The position numbers and the translations under genes were made by a program. Below are positions 28,494-38,338 of a stretch of 64,000 nt of DNA, piece by piece. This DNA comes from Clostridia bacterium. Its GTDB lineage: Bacteria; Bacillota; Clostridia; Oscillospirales; CAG-272. Location of the stretch: assembly GCA_017456145.1 (NCBI GenBank), contig JAFTJZ010000085.1:10463-74462 (forward strand), read 5' to 3'. A model generated the notes under the pieces. The model had not been told where the DNA came from. It saw only the letters and a list, made by a program, of their open reading frames with translations, and searched no databases. Numbering within the stretch: the first letter of the stretch is position 1; each line of letters opens with the position of its first letter.

Positions 28494-29150
28494 TCAGTTG
28501 ACCGTGACAAAGCAAGCCCTCTCGATCACCACGTCGGTCAGGGGCTTATCGTCCGCGTTGACCGCAACACCTGCGATCTTATCCACCACGTCCATCCCGC
28601 TGACCACGTAGCCAAAGCCGGCATAGCTGCCGTTGAGCAAGGAGGTATTGGTATTGGATTTATGACAGATAAAAAACTGGGAGGAGGCGGAGTTCATATC
28701 GTCACCTCTGCGCGCCATGGAGATCACGCCGCGGATGTGCTTGAGGTTATTCTCAAAGCCGTTGAGACGAAATTCGCCGTAAATGTTCTGATCCGAACCG
28801 CCTTCGCCATTTGCATCGGGATCCCCCGTCTGAATGACAAAATTCTTAACAACGCGGTGGAAGGTCAGCCCATCGTAAAAGCTCTCGGCGACCAGGGACT
28901 GAAAATTTGCCACTGTCTCGGGTGCGACCTCGGGGTACAGGCGAAGAATGATGTCTCCGTAATGAACGACGGTGATCTTGACGTAGTCGGTCACAGCATC
29001 GCTCTCGGTCACGGCAGCGGGGTCGACCGCCGTAAAATCCAGATCAGCATGAGCGGGTGCGCTGCCCGATGCGCAGGCAGCCATCGACAGTGCGAGCATC
29101 AAAAGCGCAAGTGTCTTTGCAACACGGCGCAAAAGCAAATGACGTTTCAT
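28494..29150 (-). CDS. Cyclophilin-type peptidyl-prolyl cis-trans isomerase, lipoprotein
   Basis: Motifs FHRVVKNFVIQTGDP and SMARRGDDMNSASSQFFI. Signal peptide with lipobox LSMAAC. Confidence 0.9.
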   Translation of the reverse strand: MKRHLLLRRVAKTLALLMLALSMAACASGSAPAHADLDFTAVDPAAVTESDAVTDYVKITVVHYGDIILRLYPEVAPETVANFQSLVAESFYDGLTFHRVVKNFVIQTGDPDANGEGGSDQNIYGEFRLNGFENNLKHIRGVISMARRGDDMNSASSQFFICHKSNTNTSLLNGSYAGFGYVVSGMDVVDKIAGVAVNADDKPLTDVVIERACFVTVN

Positions 29151-29360
29151 AATCCTATCCTTTCAAAAAGCCCTCCGCATGACGGGCAATATATGATATA
29201 ATCATTTTAACAGATAAGTGCTCCTCTGTCAAGAGTCAAGGTGAAAAGTTCACATTCCATCCTCCGAAAATTTTCAAAAAGATCACGTGCGCGGAAATAT
29301 TTTGCATCAAAGGCGCACATAATGAAGGTAAAGGAAAAACAAGAAAAAAGGGGGAAGAAA

Positions 29361-30515
29361 ATGCTGCAGCAAAGCGATCACCACGATACACAGCACCATC
29401 CCCTCACGCAAAGCGAGGAACAAAAGCGGCGGATGGACACGATCTGGCAGGGGCGGGCGGCACGGTTGTTCTGCCTTTGCGCAGGCATTATTTTGGGCGT
29501 TCTTCTGATCCGATATGCATTGCCCTGTCTGACGCCGTTTTTGTTTGCGTGGTTGCTGTCCTTCCCCATTCGGCGGGGAGCGCTGACCATGCAAAAAAAA
29601 TTACACATCCCGCGGCGCGTGGGGGCGTGCATTTTACTGCTTGCGGTGCTTTTACCGCTGGGCAGTCTGACCGTGCTGCTCGGAGAGCGGCTGATTTTAG
29701 AGGCACAGCATCTGCTCGCCTCTCTGGGCAGCGGCGAGGATCTGGTCGTGGCACTGGAAGAGACCATTGACTTCTTCACGCGGATCACCTCGCACATCCC
29801 ACCCCTGACGGCACTGGTCGAGCAGCAATCGCTGGAGAGCTTTTGGCAGCAGGTGGACGCGACGGTGGCAACGCTGATCAGCGAGACGCTGACCCGCTGG
29901 AGTGCCAAGATTCCCGATGCGCTGACCTCCTTGGTGCGCGCCTTTCCCTCTGCGCTGATCTTTTTTCTGACCTTTCTTGTAACCGTGTTTTATTGCTGCA
30001 CCGATGACGGGCGGATCTCGCAATTTTTACACGACATCATCCCCGCCTTGTGGCGCCCCCGCTGGGAGCGGCTGCGCAGGCAGCTGGTGGGCGTGGGAGC
30101 GCGGTATCTGCGTGCCTATTTTCTCTTGTTTCTTCTGACCTTTGTGCAGCTCTTTGCGGGATTTTCGATTCTGCGCCTGCCTTATATCTTTCTCCCCGCG
30201 CTGCTCATCGCGCTGGTGGACATTCTTCCCATTCTCGGAGCGGGCATGGTGCTCCTTCCGTGGGGAATCCTTTCCCTTTTGCAGGGAGAAACGGCAGTGG
30301 GGACGGGACTTCTGATCTTATTTGCGGTGATCCTATTGACACGGCAGATCCTGGAACCGCGGATCATCGGCGGGAGTCTTGGGCTCCATCCGTTGGCATC
30401 GCTCCTTGCGGTCTACGCAGGGCTGCGACTTGGCGGCGTGCTTGGCATGATCCTCGCCCCCGCCGTGGCGCTGCTGATCAAAAGCATATGGGAAAAAGAG
30501 CCGCTCGGCAGGTGA
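29361..30515 (+). CDS. ytvI: AI-2E/PerM-family membrane protein, YtvI-like sporulation membrane protein
   Basis: Start at MLQQSDH, with GGGGGA upstream. Polytopic. The C-terminal motif ILPILGAGMVLLPWG...LEPRIIG is typical of the AI-2E family. Confidence 0.7.
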   Translation: MLQQSDHHDTQHHPLTQSEEQKRRMDTIWQGRAARLFCLCAGIILGVLLIRYALPCLTPFLFAWLLSFPIRRGALTMQKKLHIPRRVGACILLLAVLLPLGSLTVLLGERLILEAQHLLASLGSGEDLVVALEETIDFFTRITSHIPPLTALVEQQSLESFWQQVDATVATLISETLTRWSAKIPDALTSLVRAFPSALIFFLTFLVTVFYCCTDDGRISQFLHDIIPALWRPRWERLRRQLVGVGARYLRAYFLLFLLTFVQLFAGFSILRLPYIFLPALLIALVDILPILGAGMVLLPWGILSLLQGETAVGTGLLILFAVILLTRQILEPRIIGGSLGLHPLASLLAVYAGLRLGGVLGMILAPAVALLIKSIWEKEPLGR

Positions 30516-30535
30516 GCGGCTCCTTTGTCTTATCG
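30498..30535 (+). terminator. Possible terminator overlapping the ytvI stop
   Basis: GAGCCGCTC-ggcaggt-GAGCGGCTC followed by the T-rich CTTTGTCTT. Confidence 0.35.
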
Positions 30536-30653
30536 CTTGTCGTTATTCAACGGCAGAATATTCTTCCGCATCCAACACCGTGAAGGCAGACACTCATCTG
30601 ATCCCCGGCGACTGTCCGTATTGGGCATTTTATATATCCGCGGATCGTCAGAA

Positions 30654-32432
30654 TTATGATTTTCCTATTCTCTCCCGCAGCGCGGCGACCTTGTCCGCGT
30701 CGGGAGTAACGTAGGCGGTCCAGTTGGTGTGGTAGATGACCAAGCCCGGCTTTCCCTGCGCGGGTTTTTTGACGTTGCGTACCTTGGTGTAGTCCACGGG
30801 GACGTTCTGTCCGCCCGCCGCCTTGGAATACTGCGCGGCGATCTCGGCTGCCTGAGTGAAATCGATCTCAGGCGGCTCCTCCCCGCCGCATACCAGCACG
30901 ACGTGCGAGCCGGGCACGCCCTTGGCGTGGAACCAGTAGTCGTTGCGGTCGGCAAGACGGTGAGTAATGTGCTCATTCTGCACGTTATTCTTCCCGCACA
31001 GCACGGTGTAACCGTTGGCGGTCACAAAGCGCATGATCTTGGGTGTGGCAGCTTTTTTGGCAACGAAATTTTTCATCCGCGACGCGTAGCCGCTGCGATA
31101 AAGCTCCTCGCGGATCTCAGACAGATCGGCGTCCGTTTCGGCGTGGGTCAGCGCGTCAAGCACGCTGTAAATATAGGTCAGCTCACTCTCGCCCAGCGCG
31201 ATCTGTCGCGTCAGCTCGATCTTTGCCGTCTTACTCTTAGCATATTTTTTGAAATATCTCTGAGCGTTCGCCGCGGGAGTCAACCGCTCGTCCAGCTGCA
31301 CGGTACACTCGCCGTAGCTGCCGTCCTCCTCATGATAATCCTCATAATCGGTCAGTGTGGCTGATTTCATCCCCCGCTCCAGAAGGTACATATTGGCGGT
31401 GATCAGATCTCCCGCCTTTTTATATTCCACCGCGCGTTCACAATCGGCAAGCTCACCGCGTTGGATATCCAGCTTTTTATGGATACGCGCCTCGGCTGCC
31501 GTCAGGATCCTCAGTACGTCACCCGCCCTCTGGCGCACACGGTTCTCGCGGTCGCGGGTGGCAAAGTAACGGTCCATGACCTCGCCCGCCGCACCATCCA
31601 CTCTCTGCCATGCGCTGCCGTACTGCCGCAGCGGGAGAAAGGCATATTCGACGGGGCGCTCTCCATCCATCAGAACGCAAGGGGCGAAATTTTTCTCGCG
31701 GATCATCTCCATGACCGCGGCAAAATGACTCCAGAGCAGGCTGAGATCACATTGCCGCAGTGTGCTCTCCGAAGAACCGGACGCGCGGTAGACGATCTCC
31801 CGCGCCACGGTGGAGGACAGCCCGCAAAAGCTGCCCGTCAACCACTTTGCCGCCTCTCGCTCGGCAGGGGCAAGCTCCCAGAGCGCGGTAAACGCCGCCT
31901 TGTCGGTCGTTGTCGGATCAACCTTCTCACTTTGTACGGGCGGCAGCTCGTAGGTCATGCCCGGCAATACCTGACGGCGGGAGCTGGTGGTAAAATCCAC
32001 GGGCCGCAGGACGGCAAGGATCTTGTCCTTCTCATCGGTGAAGATCAGGTTGCTGTAGCGTCCCATGACCTCGGCGATCAGATGGCGCGCGGCAAGAAAT
32101 CCCATCTCATCGCGTGTCTGGAAGGTCAGCCGCGCCACCCGCTCAAAGCCGATCTGCTCTACCGAGAGCAGATGCGCCCCCGACAGATGCTTGCGCAGCA
32201 GCATACAGAACATGGGGGGGCTGGCGGGATTTTCTCTTGTTGCGGCAGAAAACCCAATGCGCGGGGTGTTGGAGCCCGCATCGATCAGAAGGCGCCGCCC
32301 GCCGTCATGTGAGCGCATCTGCAGCACGATCTGATCCTTTTCGGGTTGGGTGATCTTCTCAATTCGAGCTCCCTGCGCCGCGGCATGGATCTCGGCAATT
32401 GCCGCGGCCATCATACCGGCATCATACGCCAT
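30654..32432 (-). CDS. rqcH: Ribosome quality-control protein RqcH (NFACT / fibronectin-binding protein A family)
   Basis: NFACT-N motif IEKITQPEKDQIVLQMR, a central coiled coil, and NFACT-R motif WFHAKGVPGSHVVL. Confidence 0.88.
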   Translation of the reverse strand: MAYDAGMMAAAIAEIHAAAQGARIEKITQPEKDQIVLQMRSHDGGRRLLIDAGSNTPRIGFSAATRENPASPPMFCMLLRKHLSGAHLLSVEQIGFERVARLTFQTRDEMGFLAARHLIAEVMGRYSNLIFTDEKDKILAVLRPVDFTTSSRRQVLPGMTYELPPVQSEKVDPTTTDKAAFTALWELAPAEREAAKWLTGSFCGLSSTVAREIVYRASGSSESTLRQCDLSLLWSHFAAVMEMIREKNFAPCVLMDGERPVEYAFLPLRQYGSAWQRVDGAAGEVMDRYFATRDRENRVRQRAGDVLRILTAAEARIHKKLDIQRGELADCERAVEYKKAGDLITANMYLLERGMKSATLTDYEDYHEEDGSYGECTVQLDERLTPAANAQRYFKKYAKSKTAKIELTRQIALGESELTYIYSVLDALTHAETDADLSEIREELYRSGYASRMKNFVAKKAATPKIMRFVTANGYTVLCGKNNVQNEHITHRLADRNDYWFHAKGVPGSHVVLVCGGEEPPEIDFTQAAEIAAQYSKAAGGQNVPVDYTKVRNVKKPAQGKPGLVIYHTNWTAYVTPDADKVAALRERIGKS

Positions 32433-33267
32433 CGTTCACGTCCTCCGTTTCATGTTCGTTCAATGCATCCAGCAGAGGGCCGAAATCGGGCAGGATAACG
32501 TCGGGCTTGTCCGCATCGTCTGCCGCGAGCGCCGTCTGCTCACTCGTCTCGCCCGTCAGCATCAAAACGGCAAGCACGCCGCCCCGCTTGCCAAAGGCAA
32601 TATCGGTATACAGTCGGTCGCCGAACATACACATTTCATGTGCGCCATATCCCGTCCGCGCCGAGATCGCCGCAATGGCACCGCCGTAAGGCTTGCCGAA
32701 ATACGTTGGCTTGACCCCCGTGGATGCCGTCACTGCAGCGGCAATCGCCCCGCTGTCGGGGATAAAGCCGTCCTCGGTGGGACAGTTGAAATCGGGGTGT
32801 GTGCAAAGATACTCCGCGCCGCGACGGATGCAACGGCAGGCTGCATCCAGCTTTTCGTAAGTCAACGTCGTATCAAAGCTGGTGACCACAATATCGGCAT
32901 CGGGCACATCGTGGGGTAAAGGGTCAATCCCCGCCGCACGGAATTGCGCCTCAAGATCGGGCGTTCCCATCAGATAAACCGACTTCCCTGCCCGCTCGCG
33001 CAAAAGAAAATCCACCGTCACCTCACCCGCCGTCAGAATTTCCTCGGGGGTTGGCTCAAAGCCCAGACGGGACAGGCGCTCCACGTAGCGCACCGGGGAG
33101 CGGCTGGCGTTGTTGGTATAAAAAATGACCCGCTTGCCCATGCGCCGCAAGCGGCGGATCAATGACAATGCCTTAGGAAAAACGCGTTCACCAAGATAGA
33201 TGGTACCATCCATATCAAAAATAAAGCATTTTTTCTCACAAATGCGTGATAATTCTCGATTTTTCAT
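32422..33267 (-). CDS. HAD-IIA family phosphatase (NagD-like)
   Basis: Motif I FIFDMDGTIYLG and motif IV MFGDRLYTDI. It overlaps the rqcH start by 11 nt. Confidence 0.8.
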   Translation of the reverse strand: MKNRELSRICEKKCFIFDMDGTIYLGERVFPKALSLIRRLRRMGKRVIFYTNNASRSPVRYVERLSRLGFEPTPEEILTAGEVTVDFLLRERAGKSVYLMGTPDLEAQFRAAGIDPLPHDVPDADIVVTSFDTTLTYEKLDAACRCIRRGAEYLCTHPDFNCPTEDGFIPDSGAIAAAVTASTGVKPTYFGKPYGGAIAAISARTGYGAHEMCMFGDRLYTDIAFGKRGGVLAVLMLTGETSEQTALAADDADKPDVILPDFGPLLDALNEHETEDVNDGV

Positions 33268-33316
33268 GACAAAACCCTCTTTTGAAAAAATATCTGCTTA
33301 TATTATACTCATAAAC

Positions 33317-33345
33317 TTGCATTTTTGTCAAGAGTGTGTTATAAT
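33317..33345 (+). promoter_or_regulatory. Putative extended -10 sigma-A promoter upstream of the pantothenate kinase gene
   Basis: TTGCAT (33317-33322), a 17-nt spacer ending in TGt, then TATAAT (33340-33345). This leaves a leader of about 150 nt. Confidence 0.45.
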
Positions 33346-33497
33346 AAAAGTCAAATCAGCGAAACATTTCTTTTTTTGTATTTACATACCACCACCTCCG
33401 CCGTGGGTGTTTTTCGCCACGACATTCTCAAAAAGACAAATTCGGAGTGCAAGCAGCCCTCCGATCAAAATCCTTCCGACATAAAGGAGACCAGACC

Positions 33498-34379
33498 ATG
33501 AAAGAAACCGTAATCGGCATCGATGTCGGTGGCAGCACCACCAAGATCGTGGGCTTTCACTTATCCGAGCATCGCAAGCCGCAGCTGATCACCCCCCTGT
33601 TCGTTCGCGCAACCGACCCTGTCACCGCCATGTACGGCGCCTTCGGCCGTTTCACCGCAGAGAACGGCATCGCGCTCTCCGACATTGACCGCGTCATGAC
33701 CACGGGCGTGGGTTCTACCTTTATGCAGCAGCCGATCTACGGTCTGGCTTGCCACGCTGTCCCCGAGTTCACAAGCATCGGGCTTGGCGGCCTGTATCTC
33801 TCGGGGCTTTCCGAGGCGATCGTAGTCAGCATGGGCACAGGTACGGCACTGATCCACGCCAAGGCAGAGACCGACACCGACGGCTCCCCTTTGGTCGGCG
33901 GCGAGTATGATACTCTGATCGAATCTCTCGGCGGTACGGGTATGGGCGGCGGCACCATGCTGGGACTGACCAAGCTGCTCACGGGCGTGGGCACCATCGA
34001 CCATATCGTGCAGCTGTGCGAGAGCGGCAACCTTGCCAACATTGATCTGCGGGTCGGAGACATCTCCAAAAAATCCTTCCGCGAGATGAGCGACAATCTG
34101 ACCGCCTCCAACTTCGGTAAGGTGAGTGATCTCGCTACCCCCAACGACCTGACGCTGGGTGTCGCCAATATGGTCGCCGAGACCATTGCCATGATGTCCA
34201 TCTTCGCCGCACGCTCCTTCGGACTGCGCGACATTGTGCTGATCGGCAATCTGTCCTCCATCGCTCCGGTGCGCCGCGTCTTTGAGGATCTCGGCCCCAC
34301 CTTCGGCGTCAATTTCATCATCCCCGAAAATTCCCAGTTCGGCACCGTCATCGGCGCGGCACTGCACCGCGCAGAGTGA
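33498..34379 (+). CDS. coaW: Type II pantothenate kinase
   Basis: IGIDVGGSTTKIVGF (ASKHA phosphate-1) and SLGGTGMGGGTMLGL (type II PanK GGGT motif). AAGGAGA ribosome-binding site. Confidence 0.72.
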   Translation: MKETVIGIDVGGSTTKIVGFHLSEHRKPQLITPLFVRATDPVTAMYGAFGRFTAENGIALSDIDRVMTTGVGSTFMQQPIYGLACHAVPEFTSIGLGGLYLSGLSEAIVVSMGTGTALIHAKAETDTDGSPLVGGEYDTLIESLGGTGMGGGTMLGLTKLLTGVGTIDHIVQLCESGNLANIDLRVGDISKKSFREMSDNLTASNFGKVSDLATPNDLTLGVANMVAETIAMMSIFAARSFGLRDIVLIGNLSSIAPVRRVFEDLGPTFGVNFIIPENSQFGTVIGAALHRAE

Positions 34380-34438
34380 CCAGCGACATCCAAAAATATA
34401 TTTACGGAATATAAAAATCAAGAAGTGAGGTAATCACC

Positions 34439-35515
34439 ATGAGCAACGCAAGCAAGGTCAAGGTCGCCGTCATCGGCTGTGGTACCATTGCCAACAGCGC
34501 GCACATCCCCTCCTACAAGAACAACCCCGACGTTGAGATCGCATATTTCTGCGACATCATCCCCGAGCGAGCCGATGCCGCCGTAGAAAAGTACGGCTGC
34601 GGCAAGGCGGTCTATGACTACCGCGAGGTTCTCGCCGATCCCGAGGTCGAGGCCATCTCGGTCTGTACACCCAACAATATGCACCCCGTCATCACCATTG
34701 ACGCGCTTCGCGCGGGCAAGCACGTGCTCTGCGAAAAGCCCGCCGCCCGCACCTATGCCGAGGCGCTGGAGATGCAGAAGGTACAACACGAAACGGGAAA
34801 AACGCTCAACATCGGCGTGGTCAACCGTTTCAACACCGCCGTCAATCTCATCCGTGATAAAATTGCGGCGGGCGAGCTTGGCGAGGTCTATCACATTTAC
34901 GTTTCCTTCCGTGCGCAGCGCTCCATACCCGGGCTGGGCGGTGCGTTTACGACCAAGGCCATCGCCGGCGGCGGTGCTCTCATTGACTGGGGCGTACATT
35001 ATCTGGACATCGTCATGTACTGCACGGGTGACCCCAAGCCCTTGAGTGTTTCGGGCAAGGCGTTCTGCCGTCTTGGCGTGGATATGCCCAACTACGTCTA
35101 CGAAGGAATGTGGTCGGAGAACACCAAGGATCTGAACGGCACCTATGACGTGGATGATTTCGTCACCGGCTTTATCCGTACCGAGGGTCCCACCATCTCA
35201 CTCAACGGTGCGTGGGCACAGAACATCGGCGTGGGCGACCGTTACATCGACTTCATGGGAGACAAGGCGGGCATCCGTCTGCAGTACGGCGGCAACTTCA
35301 CCATATACGGTACCAAGGACGGCAAGCTGTGGCAACAAACGCCTGAATATCAAAGCGTTAATATGTTCCAGAACGAGATCGACAGCTTTGTCCGCTGCGT
35401 TCGCACGGGCGAAAAGCTCCCCTCTCATATCGACAATGTCGTCATCACCGCCCGTATGATGCAAGCCATCTACGATTCCTCCGAGCAAAACGAGGAAATC
35501 AAGCTGGAGTGGTAA
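34439..35515 (+). CDS. Gfo/Idh/MocA-family NAD(P)-dependent oxidoreductase
   Basis: Rossmann motif KVAVIGCGTIANSAHIPSY and the VLCEKP motif. Confidence 0.85.
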   Translation: MSNASKVKVAVIGCGTIANSAHIPSYKNNPDVEIAYFCDIIPERADAAVEKYGCGKAVYDYREVLADPEVEAISVCTPNNMHPVITIDALRAGKHVLCEKPAARTYAEALEMQKVQHETGKTLNIGVVNRFNTAVNLIRDKIAAGELGEVYHIYVSFRAQRSIPGLGGAFTTKAIAGGGALIDWGVHYLDIVMYCTGDPKPLSVSGKAFCRLGVDMPNYVYEGMWSENTKDLNGTYDVDDFVTGFIRTEGPTISLNGAWAQNIGVGDRYIDFMGDKAGIRLQYGGNFTIYGTKDGKLWQQTPEYQSVNMFQNEIDSFVRCVRTGEKLPSHIDNVVITARMMQAIYDSSEQNEEIKLEW

Positions 35516-35530
35516 GGAAGTAAATACAAT

Positions 35531-35585
35531 GCGAGGGGGAACTTTTGTGTACAAAAGTTCCCCCTCGCGCTCCCCCTCAAAAAAC
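35531..35585 (+). repeat. Structured intergenic repeat, family 2, copy a
   Basis: GCGAGGGGGAACTTTTGT-GT-ACAAAAGTTCCCCCTCGC, a perfect 18-bp-arm hairpin, followed by GCTCCCCCTCAAAAAACTT. By eye about 53 of 57 positions are identical to 49039-49095. It starts 16 nt after the oxidoreductase stop. Confidence 0.8.
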
Positions 35586-35622
35586 TTTATCATAAAAAAT
35601 TTTATTAAAGTTTTTGAAAGTT

Positions 35623-35677
35623 CCAAGAAAACTTTTTTCAAAAAGTTTTCTTGGCGGGGCTTGGGGCAGCGCCCCAA
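35623..35677. repeat. Two further palindromic units in the same spacer
   Basis: CCAAGAAAACTTTTT-TC-AAAAAGTTTTCTTGG (35623-35654) and TTGGGGC-AGC-GCCCCAA (35661-35677). Confidence 0.6.
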
Positions 35678-35684
35678 AGATATC

Positions 35685-35718
35685 GAGGCCCCCACCGTCG
35701 GCGGGAGCCTCTTTTTTT
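35685..35718 (+). terminator. Intrinsic terminator, possibly bidirectional
   Basis: Imperfect GC-rich hairpin GAGGCCCCCACCG...CGGGAGCCTC followed by TTTTTTT. It ends 3 nt before the convergent DUF4340 stop. Confidence 0.55.
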
Positions 35719-35720
35719 AT

Positions 35721-36764
35721 TTATTCCGCAAGTGCAAGGATTGCCGAGAGATCCAGCGCGTAGACGCCCGTCGCATCGGACAGGCGCACGTAGGTCAGAC
35801 CGTCCTCGGTCGTCTCACCCAGCAGCAGCTTGTAGATTCCCTGCAGCTCGGTGGAGGTCGTCAGCCCCGTTTCGGTGTTCTCAAACGAATGAGTGTAGGT
35901 GTAATAGACCGACAGCGTGTTCTTCGTGTCGTCCTGCACCCCGTACTGCGCGTAGTATTCGGGATCAAAGGTCGCAGCGTCATCCAGCGTCCAGCCCATG
36001 ACCACCTCGATCAGCGCATCTCTTTTGGCAGTGTCAAGCACGGTGCCGTCATCGTTGTTTTTATAAAGCGTCAGCTGCTTTTCATCGTCAGCCGAAGTCT
36101 GCTCGCCGACATAATCATAGTCGCACAGGTAGCTGTTCTCGCCAAGCTGCAGCTGAAAGCCGCAGAATTGCGTCTTGTTATAGCTTGGCAGCTCGTCGTC
36201 CTCAACCATGTTGGTGGGCAGAATGGTAAAGTAAGGCGGAATGCCCGAGGAAACTGTATAGACCGTGGAAGGATCTGAGACCAGGCTGCAATAGGTCATG
36301 CCGATAAAGGAATTGATCTTTCCGAAGATCAAGCCTTCACTTGTTCCGTCATTGAGCGTAAAGATCACGCGCTGCGCTCCCTCGCAAAGTCCGTAGTCGG
36401 CAAGCTTATCGGCATCAACATCGGTATATCGGTACTCCGAGGAAAGTGAGAGCACGGCGTTGATCATCAGCGTGATCTGCCCGTTGCTCAACGGCAGCGT
36501 GGGATCGGCGTCCCAGTGCCAGCTTGTCGCATCCTCCGAGAGCGTCAATGCGTACTCGTTTCCGTCATACATATAGGTGAACGCCGTCAGCTTGTCTGCA
36601 TTCAGGCTGAAAAAGTCGTACGTTTCGGTCTGCTCGGTGTTCTCAAGTCCGGACATCTCTCCGTCACCTTCTCCGTCACCCCGCGGGATACTGACAACGG
36701 CGTAAACGCCAATCAGCACCACCAGAATACCGAGAAGAAGAATCAGTTTTTTACTTTTCGTCAC
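35721..36764 (-). CDS. DUF4340-like membrane-anchored protein (4th gene of the ABC-2/GldG operon)
   Basis: N-terminal TM KKLILLLGILVVLIGVYAVV and a large extracytoplasmic domain. The call rests on operon context. Confidence 0.55.
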   Translation of the reverse strand: MTKSKKLILLLGILVVLIGVYAVVSIPRGDGEGDGEMSGLENTEQTETYDFFSLNADKLTAFTYMYDGNEYALTLSEDATSWHWDADPTLPLSNGQITLMINAVLSLSSEYRYTDVDADKLADYGLCEGAQRVIFTLNDGTSEGLIFGKINSFIGMTYCSLVSDPSTVYTVSSGIPPYFTILPTNMVEDDELPSYNKTQFCGFQLQLGENSYLCDYDYVGEQTSADDEKQLTLYKNNDDGTVLDTAKRDALIEVVMGWTLDDAATFDPEYYAQYGVQDDTKNTLSVYYTYTHSFENTETGLTTSTELQGIYKLLLGETTEDGLTYVRLSDATGVYALDLSAILALAE

Positions 36765-36800
36765 GTTTTATGCGTCCTTTCCGTATTTAGCACCGACGCA

Positions 36801-38324
36801 TCAGCGTCTTCTGCGTCTGATCCAAACAATCAGACCGCCCAAGATCAAGCCGAACGGCAAAACCGCGATCAGAATACCTCCCAGCCACAAGGTGGCTCCG
36901 GCAGAAACCGTCAGCGGTTGCTCGGTCACATCCAGCGCCTCAATGGCGGTCAGCGTCGATGCATATCCGTCGTTGAGCAGATTGGTCGCAATGGTGAAAT
37001 AGTAGGTCGCGCCCATACCGTACGTGGATACCGCACTGTCGCTGAAGGCATCCAGAGAGGCAAACCATACCACCTTGGAGCCGGTGTTGGCGTTGTCCAG
37101 AATAACACCCGTGGCGACAGCCCCCCAATCGGTCTCGCTGCCGTCTGCCGCTACCGTATACGCATCGGTTGCCGAAAACAGCGTGGTGGCAGTCATACCA
37201 TCGGGCAGCGTTTCCTCGAGCAGAATGCCGTGTGCGCGGGGCATGATCATGGAGTAACCGCTTGAATAAACGGTATAAGTGATATCATGCTGGGTATTGA
37301 CCGTTGCATTGAGAACATACGGTGAGCTGACGTACTTATTGGCATTTCCCTCATACAGCATTCCTCCCGTGGTGGGCGTCGCGCCAAGGTCAGCCATAAG
37401 ACTCATCAGATTGGGCATTTCGGTATTGGCGGGAGCCGTCGTCAGAATAACGTTGCCGCCCTGCTCTATATAGTTGGCGAGCGCTGCGGTCGCCGCGGTC
37501 GTCAGATCGTGCTGCGGTGCGTTGATGATCACGCAGGAGGCATCCTCGGGAACGGCATTTCCCTCTCCCAGATGGAGCTCCTCATATTCCATCAGCACCA
37601 TATCAAACATATCGGTCATCGTGGTGGAAAGCGCGCCCTCACCGTTGCCGGAAAGAACGTAAATGTGAGGCATATCTTCGGTCACGACATATTCGATCGC
37701 CGAGGTAATGGCCTGCTCTCCGCCGAAGTAATAGGTGGCATTGTTCAGATCGACGCCGTATTGCGCATAATACTGGACGTAGGTGGTGTTATTGATCAGC
37801 TCCTGATAGGTTGCCGTATCAATAGAGGTGTCAAGATCGGCAAGATAAACGTAGTTGAGCGAATCAACGCTGACGACCGTATAGCGCAGATCACTTTCAA
37901 CAATGATATAATTGCCGGAGGTGGTGATCTCACTGTATTTTTCCAAAAATGTCGGATCTGCTACAGGGTCTACGGTTTTAATTCTGATATGGCTGTTCAA
38001 TGCCGTGTAGCGCTCCAAAAATGCCTCCAGCGTCGGTGTCATGGTGCCACCGGACAAGACTGCAAGCATATTTACGTCGCGATCGATCCCCTTGACGTAT
38101 TTTTCGGTCGTGGCGCTGATGGTAAAGAGCTTGGTCGAGGTCGTGTCCAGCTTGGTGACCGACGTTGGCAATGCGCCCACCAGCAAATTGATCACAACCA
38201 GAACAGCGAGCACGATCAACGTCATGGCTACCGTCCAGCTGCCCACGCGGGTCGCTCTGTTCAATCCGAGCAGACCGGTCGCCCCGCTCGTTTTTTTATT
38301 TTCATTTTGATTCATTTGTATCAT
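36801..38324 (-). CDS. GldG-like ABC-transporter auxiliary protein (Gldg family)
   Basis: N- and C-terminal TM anchors bracket a large external domain. It lies immediately downstream of an ABC-2 permease. Confidence 0.6.
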   Translation of the reverse strand: MIQMNQNENKKTSGATGLLGLNRATRVGSWTVAMTLIVLAVLVVINLLVGALPTSVTKLDTTSTKLFTISATTEKYVKGIDRDVNMLAVLSGGTMTPTLEAFLERYTALNSHIRIKTVDPVADPTFLEKYSEITTSGNYIIVESDLRYTVVSVDSLNYVYLADLDTSIDTATYQELINNTTYVQYYAQYGVDLNNATYYFGGEQAITSAIEYVVTEDMPHIYVLSGNGEGALSTTMTDMFDMVLMEYEELHLGEGNAVPEDASCVIINAPQHDLTTAATAALANYIEQGGNVILTTAPANTEMPNLMSLMADLGATPTTGGMLYEGNANKYVSSPYVLNATVNTQHDITYTVYSSGYSMIMPRAHGILLEETLPDGMTATTLFSATDAYTVAADGSETDWGAVATGVILDNANTGSKVVWFASLDAFSDSAVSTYGMGATYYFTIATNLLNDGYASTLTAIEALDVTEQPLTVSAGATLWLGGILIAVLPFGLILGGLIVWIRRRRR

Positions 38325-38338
38325 CCTCCCCTCTCACA

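Noticed and set aside
33346-33497. A leader of about 150 nt before the pantothenate kinase gene, with a short CCAC/GTGG hairpin plus T-run, as a possible riboswitch or attenuator
   Set aside because: The stem is only 4 bp, I recognised no known riboswitch core, and the promoter call itself is unverified. It is worth only an Infernal scan.
35198-36278. ORFs of 165 aa (minus) and 249 aa (plus) crossing the 35.5-kb spacer
   Set aside because: They are composed of repeat and hairpin sequence plus antisense of neighbouring genes. They have no motifs and no ribosome-binding site.
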